Assembly: GCA_951406725.2 (NCBI GenBank)
Contig: OX597820.1
Span: forward strand, 76,260,001-76,324,000
Direction of reading: 5' to 3'
From: Octopus vulgaris
Taxonomy: Eukaryota
DNA: 64,000 nucleotides
Shown piece after piece: positions 55,651-64,000 of the stretch. The notes below the pieces were generated by a model. That model was given only the letters and a program-made list of their open reading frames with translations, had not been told where the DNA came from and searched no databases. Numbering within the stretch: the first letter of the stretch is position 1; the number at the start of each line of letters is the position of its first letter. Made by a program: the position numbers and the translations under genes.

Positions 55651-56871
55651 TATACATACATGCATGCATACATATATGCATACATACATACATACATACA
55701 TACATACATACATACATACATACAAACATACATATATAATACCATGTTGATGTTGTTCAAATTCCAATGAAGGAGCTTCGGATCTAAGTTAGAAACCAAA
55801 TCTTTCTGTATTGCCAAAAACATCTCGAATTAAACTGAATAATGACATACATACATACATACATACATACATACATACATACATACATACATACATACAT
55901 ACATACATACATGCATGCATACATACTTATATGTATAGCTATAACTAAATAAGTGTGTATATTTGTCTCTATGTTCAACTACACTGCTTGACAACCGACA
56001 TGGTTTAATTTTTGACCGAGTAACTTAGCGTTCTCAGGAAAGAGGATCGATAAAATAGGTGCCAGTCTTAAAGAGAAAAGAAGTACTGGAGTCGTTTACT
56101 TCAAAGACTAAACTCGTCAAGGCGGTGCCCCAGCATGGCCGCAGTCAAATGTCCGAAAGAAGTAAAAGGAGATAAAAGAAGAAAAAAGCTGTCACTTGTT
56201 TTATTTGATGCTATTTAAACAGATGTCAGCCATGAACGAGCAGATTCATATCCAAAGACAATCCAGTTATGACCATCACTATTTCCCTATCTCAAACTAA
56301 ATTATGGGAGTTCCTACTTTCTAAAATTTATTTTAAAATTTCTTGGAGACGTGAGATGTGGGTTATGCGACTGCTATTTCTAGCATGTGGAGTGACTACA
56401 GGGTGTCTCTTTAATGCGCTGTATTCCCTGCACGTTCTAATGCCAGAGAGTACACTAGTATTTCTAAAAGAAAGGGGAAGGTAATGGGTCCAATACCTTC
56501 CACATGGCTACTGCATTACAGGAATCCAGACCGATCTTCAATAAATGTAAATTCCATGTGATCTAGGTCATCCACGTTCATTTTTATTTATTTATTTATT
56601 TATTTATTCATCTATTTATTTATTGAGTTGTCAGATAAAATCGTTCGTTGTTTTTGTCGTTGTTTTTTGTGCATAGCACTCCATAAGTCAGAAAAGCAGA
56701 ATAATTTATTCAAATTAAGCAATAAATAAAAGTCTTAGACAAAGAATAGTTACCAGAAAAAAGTTTCATAAAACACTGCCATAAAAATATACATTTTTTT
56801 TGTGTTTGTGCAAATAACATAGAAAAAAAATTGAAATAATTATGGACACACACAAACGCACATCTATATGT

Positions 56872-56929
<58 letters not shown>

Positions 56930-57320
56930 AAGGTGCAAGAGTGGCTGTGTGGTAAGTAGCTTGCTTACCAGCCACATGGTTACGGGCTCAGTCCCACTGC
57001 GTGACACGTTGGGCAAGTGTATTCTATTATAGCGCCAGGCCAACCAAAGCCTTGTGATTAGATTTGGTAGACGGAAGCTGAAAGAAGCCCATCGTATATA
57101 TGTATATGTTTGTATGCCTGTGTTTGTCCCCCAACGTCACTTGACAACCGATGCTGGTGGATTTACGTCCCTGTAACTTAACAGTTCGGCAAAAAGGCCC
57201 CAATAGAGTAAGTACTAGGCTTACAGAGAATAAGTCCTGGGGTCGATTTGTCCAACTAAAGGCGGTGCTCCAGCATGGACGCAGTCAAATGACAGAAACA
57301 AATAAAAAATAAAAGAATAT
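56930..57320 (+). mobile_element. SINE family A, full length (further fragment at 57375-57612)
   Basis: Homology to 18172-18600. Confidence 0.9.
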
Positions 57321-57474
57321 AAGAATATATATATATATACTTACGTTTACATATATATATATATATATGGGCGGGTGTCTTCTGTTGTTGCCTCGAGCTA
57401 ACCAAGTCATTGTGAGTGGATTTGGTAGACGGAGGCCGAGGGAGGCCCGTCGTATATATGTGTATATATGTGTA

Positions 57475-57540
<66 letters not shown>

Positions 57541-57797
57541 ACCCCCCAACATCGCTTGATAACCGATACTGGTGCGTTTAGGAGGTGGGTCCTGGGGTTG
57601 ATCTTCTCGACTAATTCAAACTTTAAAGGAAGGCCAGCTCCATATATTTAAATAGCTTAATATCTTATCACATTTGATGTTTAATACAAAGACCTTCATA
57701 ATGACATCTAACTATCGATACAATCAATAAATATAATTTATATAAACATACATTATACATTCATACATATTTTGAGTTTTATATACATACATACGTA

Positions 57798-57828
<31 letters not shown>

Positions 57829-57829
57829 C

Positions 57830-58002
57830 AATCGACCGGCTAACTACAAGTGCAATCTCTGAGTGGAACAGTAAAAATATGCAAGACTTTTCTCGAGTTC
57901 CAAATGTGAATTTGTGTTAACTACATCCCAAAGATGGAGCGTTGTATCTTCGTTGGAAACCGGCTCCCTTCTCGGTGGAAGATTTATAATAATTAACAAA
58001 TA
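57830..58002 (+). mobile_element. Short R4/Dong-like 3' end in (CATA)n
   Basis: Homologous to 54489-54670; CATA repeats on both sides. Confidence 0.82.
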
Positions 58003-58377
58003 CACACATACATACATACATACATACATACATACATACATGTCCTGAAACATTTTTTTCACACCGTTTTTCTTCCTCCATTTTCCCCCTCGTATCTCTT
58101 TCTCTCAAAGAGCGTAGGGTCAATAGGTCAAAGATTTTTGTCATTCATCCCGAGCTTCAAATAAATACATTTATTTGTTGTCCCTTCACTTGCTTTGGTA
58201 TTTTGTTTTCTGTGCATTTCAACCACATATATATGTACGTGAGTGTATGTGTGCGCGCGCGTGTGTGTCTGTTTGTGCATTTAGCAACGGAGTGACTAAA
58301 GTGCTAACGCTTAAAACTCTCGGCCCTTCAGCTCACTCTGCTGTTTCCGCTAAATATTAATGAAATATATATATATA

Positions 58378-58409
<32 letters not shown>

Positions 58410-58424
58410 CATACATATATATAC

Positions 58425-58695
58425 CGGAGTAAGCACATAAATGTGAAACAAGGTGGAATAAAGAGCACTCAAAAACCAGAGGTAGAGTAATATGCTTTAT
58501 TTAAAAGCAGCAGAAATATAACAAAAGCTGTTACTCAGAGTTTCACGTTCCCGTTCGTCGGACAGTTTTGTTAACAAGCCTGTCCGACGAACGGGAACGT
58601 GAAACTCTGAGTAACAGCTTTTGTTATATTTCTGCTGCTTTTAAATAAAGCATATTACTCTACCTCTGGATTTTGAGTACTCTTTATTCCACCTT
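58425..58695. mobile_element. Family I foldback: near-perfect arms of about 116 bp, HHR (U4C) in each arm
   Basis: Arms 58450-58565 and 58580-58695; plus arm CTGT-CCGACGA-ACG-GGAA-CGT-GAAAC-tctga-GTA-ACAG. Confidence 0.88.
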
Positions 58696-59899
58696 TCAAT
58701 AACACAGGTAATTTTCCCTCTAAACTCTGAGATTGCATTTTTTAATGTCTCTATTCATATTCTCTGGAAATATAAAGATCGCAGGCTCAGAGAAACTAGT
58801 CTGAATGATATGTTTGACATTACACTTGAACAGTTATAAGCTTAAAAGAAGATGGTGATATCCGTGCTCATATTTGTACACTGAAGTAGCTACAACAGAT
58901 AAAAATCAAAGTGAACTCCAGCAAAATATGAAAAACGGAGAGGTTGTTACCGTACGGCAGCCGATCGACCAACATCGTGCTAAATATCTGATGCAGAAGT
59001 ATTCCAGACATGACTTTTTCGTCAAGGCTCGACCTCAAAATGTGAAGATCACTCTCCTCCCAACATTGGTCACACCATTTGTTTTGAATCCTTTATCGTC
59101 ATTCATGGCTATTTATTATTTTTTTATATGGTTTATCTGTTACTTGATTCACTCATTAGACTTCGGTCATGCGAGGATATAGATTCGAATGGTTCAGTCG
59201 CAGAAATCAACCTCAGTACTTATTTTTCTTTTATAGTTTAGTATTATTTGGTCGACCCTTTGTGATGAACCGCTGCGTGAGGGGGGGGGGCATAAACAAA
59301 CCAGCAACGGTTGCCAAGTGGTAGAGGAAATATAAACAAAAGGACAAAGACACGTGCACCCCTCCACACACACATAGATATATATACATAAAAACATACA
59401 TACATACTTTTACGTTATTTACATTTGACGGATAACTGTCCTCATCAAGATGAGGACAAATATTCGTCAAATGTAAATAATGTAAATGATGTAAACAATG
59501 TACATAATTCCATATCTCTTAAATATAGAACTGTATACATACTTACATACTTTATATTTATATTAAACAGGCTTCTACAGTTTCTATCAATTGCACTCAC
59601 AAGGCAGTGGTGGGTCATGCAGTGGGACTGAACCTGAACGCACATGGTTGGAAAACGAGCAGCTTAACCACACGGCTATTCCGGCGCCATATAAAAAAAA
59701 CAAATAAACAAATAAATATGAAATCTAGAAAATTATAGCTTTGCATCGTGTCTCAAGAAATCAGCATCATCGTTGAATCGATTCCAATCAATTTCATTCT
59801 TGAATTGAAAACAATTGACTACGTGCTGAATCAAGAATATAACTAAATTAATATTAAAAAAAAATAGATATATATCCACCATCTTTATTTCTGTTTCAG

Positions 59900-59937
59900 A
59901 ACGCCAGAGGAAAGACACCGCTGGATTTTGGTCTTGA
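59900..59937 (+). other. Candidate terminal coding exon ((E)RQRKDTAGFWS*) followed by UTR-like sequence
   Basis: Acceptor-like CTTTATTTCTGTTTCAG in unique sequence; no homolog recognised. Confidence 0.25.
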
Positions 59938-60334
59938 TTTTGGAAAACCAGTGACTGAGTCAAATGCGTGGATTCCATTTTTATGTGATGTTAATGTAGC
60001 TGTTGATAAGCTGTTGTTGTTTTTGTTGTTATTTTTGTTATGTTTGCTAAAAATTTGTTGTTTTGTTTGCTGCTTTTGTTTATCGTTTTGTTTTTAAATT
60101 TTTTTTTTTTTTTAAAGGAGAAACGTGAGTTAATTGGTACGGAGTATTTTTCTGCTAAATATTCTTTATAATGAAAGACATAGTCATAAATCATTTTTCC
60201 TTTGCACCAACGCCAACGCCAACGCCATCACCACCACTCACAACAACAGCAAGCACAACAATAAGAACAACAACAATGATTTGTGACATTGCAATAAATA
60301 AGAATTTCTAAAAATAAGAACACTAATAAGAGTG

Positions 60335-60432
60335 ATGATGGTGATGATGATGATGATGATGATGATGGTGGTGGTAGTGGTGTTGATTTTGATGACGATG
60401 ATGATGATGATGATGAGGATATTATTATTATT

Positions 60433-60474
<42 letters not shown>

Positions 60475-60553
60475 TGTAATAATGATAACGAAAATAAAAA
60501 TAAAAATAATAATAATCCTAATGATAATAATAATCATAATAATAAGGATAAAG

Positions 60554-60610
<57 letters not shown>

Positions 60611-60622
60611 GTAATAATAATA

Positions 60623-60662
<40 letters not shown>

Positions 60663-60946
60663 TGATAATGATGATGATGATGATAATAATAATAATAATA
60701 ATAACAATAATAATAATATTAATAATGATGATGATGATGATAATAATGATGATAATAATCATAGTTATTATGATAATAATAATAATTACAATAATAATAA
60801 TAATAATTATTATTATTATCATTATTATTATAATTATAATAATAACAATATAATATTGATTTTGGTTAAATAATAATAGTATATAGTAATAATATAAAAT
60901 ATAGTTAAATTATTGTTATTACTATCATCATCATGACCATGATTAA

Positions 60947-60994
<48 letters not shown>

Positions 60995-61045
60995 CATTAT
61001 TATTATTATTACTATTGTTGTTGTTGTTGTTGTTGTTGCTGTTGC
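60335..61045. repeat. (GAT)n/(AAT)n/(ATT)n/(GTT)n compound microsatellite
   Basis: Direct observation. Confidence 0.95.
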
Positions 61046-61721
61046 ACCAAAAGCAATAAATCTTGTGCCTGAGTTCAGTTCGGGGGATTAATGCCAGAAG
61101 AAGCGTGATGATAATGATAGTGTTTACAAAGTTTCAACAACAATGACGACATCGGCAACCTCGGCGGTGATCGTCATGATGATGATGATGACGATGACGA
61201 TCAGGATCGTGATCATGACGAAGACGGCGAAGGTGACGATGATTATGATGAAAAGGTAGTGAACTGGAAAGAAGACGGCTTTTTGAATGACGCGTGTGAG
61301 GAGGACGGTTGGGGATGGGGGTCGGTGTCAGTCTTGTTGAAAGGACAAGTAAAAACTGAATGGGAAGAAGAAGAAGAAGAAGAAGAAGAAGAAGAAGAAG
61401 AGTAGGGAGAAAGAGGAGAAGGAGGAGGAAGAAGAATAGGTAAAGGTGGAGGAGAACGATGATGACGTTGTTGACAACATGTGAAGACCATAGCTATTAG
61501 AATGATACCTAAATATCAGTCTCATCTGAGTTATCTTATGAATCCTTGGGACCCGGACAGCAAAGATCTATTAACAATCACCTCACACAGTTGTTCACAT
61601 TGTTAGGAGACGTCACGTTTTACATACACACAAACCCGTACACACTCACATATATACATATGGATTTATATTAATACATTAATATATATAGAGATAGATT
61701 TATATTAATAAATGTATGTAA

Positions 61722-61759
<38 letters not shown>

Positions 61760-61903
61760 ATGTGTGTGTGTATATATATATGTTACTGTTGAAGTAAGAG
61801 ATTGGGAAACCAACCAAGGGATAGTGCTGGTAGACACACCGGAATGTCTACCGGATGATGTATGTGGTTTGTATCCTCTCCTTGGCTACTGAATAATTGT
61901 TAC

Positions 61904-61970
<67 letters not shown>

Positions 61971-62338
61971 GTTTGCACTGTTATTAGTCGTAAGACACTT
62001 GCTGTTTTTACCATTATTGCTTTTGTATTTCATTATTGTTTTTTGTTTTTTATATTCGTGTGGCACCGTCCGTTTTGCTGTCTTTGTGTTCGTATGCATT
62101 CGACCCTTCTTCCAGGAAATCTACGCTCCTAGCTTAGTTTTTCTAATGCTCGTTGCTTAGTTTTTCCGGGAGGGCTGGCCGGTTCTAGTAATCTCAAGAT
62201 TAATCAGCCGAAATTACTACGATGATCCGGTTCTTGACTGAAGACTGAGGGCTTCGAATGTCCTGTTTGTGTTTGTTGTATCGTCTTCTTAGTTTTTATG
62301 CGTTCTTGTCTCAGTTTGTATTTTTCTACATATCATAA

Positions 62339-62392
<54 letters not shown>

Positions 62393-62695
62393 TATGGATG
62401 CATGTATGCATATATATATATATATATATAAAATAACATGACCCTAGATTTAATCAATAAAAATTTCTCCAAAACACCTTTCCATAATAATCCCCCATAA
62501 AACTAATTACCACAGTACTCAAACCCATAAATCCAAGAAAGATTTTAACCAAATAGAGACTATATAAAGCCAAAATTAACCCTAATACATCACAGTCCGA
62601 CAATTGTTTAACTGGCCGAAACTTCGAAGTCACTGTCAAGAACCGTGTTTAAGAAAAACACTCTTATGCATATATATATATGTGTGTGTGTGTGT

Positions 62696-62732
<37 letters not shown>

Positions 62733-62787
62733 TGTGTATACATATGTATGTGTGTAAATTATCTATTTAAGATGAAAGCAGTAACAG

Positions 62788-62952
62788 TAGGCGCAGGAGA
62801 GGCTGTGTGGTAAAGAACTTGCTTACCAACCACGTGGTTCCGGGTTCAGTCCCACTGCATTGCACCTTGGGCAAGTGTCTTCGACTATAGCTTGGGGCCA
62901 ACCAAAGCTTTGTGAGTGTATTGGATAGACGGGAACTGAACGAATCCCGACG

Positions 62953-63007
<55 letters not shown>

Positions 63008-63017
63008 ATATATATAC

Positions 63018-63068
<51 letters not shown>

Positions 63069-63295
63069 TTACTGTGTCTGTGATTGTGTTTCTTTGTCTA
63101 TGTTTGTAATCCCACAATCACGTGACAACCGATGCTGGTGTGTTTACGTGCCCGTAACTTAGTGGTTCAGCAAACGAGACCGATAGAATAAGTACTAGGT
63201 TTACAAAGAATAAGTCCTGGGGTCGACTTGTTCGACTAAAGGAGGTGCTCCAGCATGGCCGCAGTCACATGACTGAAAGAAATAAAAGAATAAAA
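62788..63295 (+). mobile_element. SINE family A, full length
   Basis: GTAGGCGCAGGAG head, GGTTCAGTCCC B box, ACCTTGGGCAAGT, expanded internal (TA)/(TG), LINE-like tail. Confidence 0.92.
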
Positions 63296-63483
63296 AAATA
63301 GTACTGAGAAGTACCGTTTACCACTACTTAAATGCGGCTGTTCCTTAGTACCTATCGCTACTCCTATTTTTAAACCCAAGAGGACACCTTCTCAACTTGG
63401 TTATTTGATGCAATCTGCACCCAATATATATATTGCAAGCAGGGGAGTGAATCTCTATAATCTTCCAACCACGAGACCACCAG

Positions 63484-63523
63484 ACCCTACAGTTTCGACC
63501 TCTTTGTTGTCATCCTCGGTGGT
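63484..63523 (-). ncRNA. HHR-like motif (U4C) at the end of family H copy 63315-63525
   Basis: Minus strand ACCa-CCGAGGA-t-GAC-aacaaagag-GTC-GAAAC-t-GTA-gGGT. Confidence 0.55.
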
Positions 63524-64000
63524 GCATACTCGTCAGCTAGAGATAGAACTAGGAGTATAGTTATTGCTTTCATTTCTTACAGAAATTTTCTTAATCAGGT
63601 AATTTGCTTGTTGCAAGATCAGTGACTGTGTGCCCCTTTTTCTATATATCGCGAGCTGGAGTCGATAAAATATTTACCAGTTGAACACCGGAGTCAGTGT
63701 AATCGACTTAGCACCATCCCCGAAGCAGCTAATCTTGTACCAAAACTTGAATCCAATATCTTTGCTAAATATACTTACAATATGAACAAGAGAAGGAAGT
63801 TGGGTTTTTTTTCTGTTTTGTTTTGTTTCGTTTTTTTTTTTGCGTACAGTTCGAAGTCATCCATAAACGGCAGCTGATTTACTCCCGCATTTTCTCAGTA
63901 TTTTAGTCAACGGAATCAATGTATTCACTACAAGCTATGGTGAGAGCATCTCTTTCTGAATTATTCCCCTCCGGTTTGACGCATTTCCTAAATTCATTCC

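Noticed and set aside
59900-59930. Frame-0 reading NARGKTPLD resembles an ankyrin motif
   Set aside because: No continuation of the ankyrin consensus; the frame runs into low-complexity sequence
61120-61404. Acidic open frame (DDIGNLGGD...EEEE*)
   Set aside because: No start codon or clear splice sites; derived from decayed triplet repeats

Overview
AT-rich, non-coding eukaryotic DNA, dense in microsatellites and transposons. The repeat complement fits an octopod cephalopod (inference). There is a 100-N scaffold gap at 42882-42981. No intact protein-coding gene is supported, and almost all listed ORFs are microsatellite translations. Recognisable content: several tRNA-derived SINE families (CORE-type, Meta-domain type and others); 3' fragments of CR1/Jockey-like, RTE-like and R4/Dong-like (RLE) LINEs; an internally deleted mariner; and a non-autonomous Helitron. 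The main hidden signal is at the RNA level. About a dozen minimal type I hammerhead-ribozyme (HHR) motifs (CUGANGA...GAAAC-palindrome-GUH) occur in several short non-coding repeat families. They include a tRNA-headed (Pol III) element with an HHR, two long foldbacks with an HHR in each arm, a 346-bp-period retrozyme-like dimer, and recurring core variants (U4C, A6U). All motifs were read by eye and no cleavage activity is demonstrated. Repeat boundaries are approximate.
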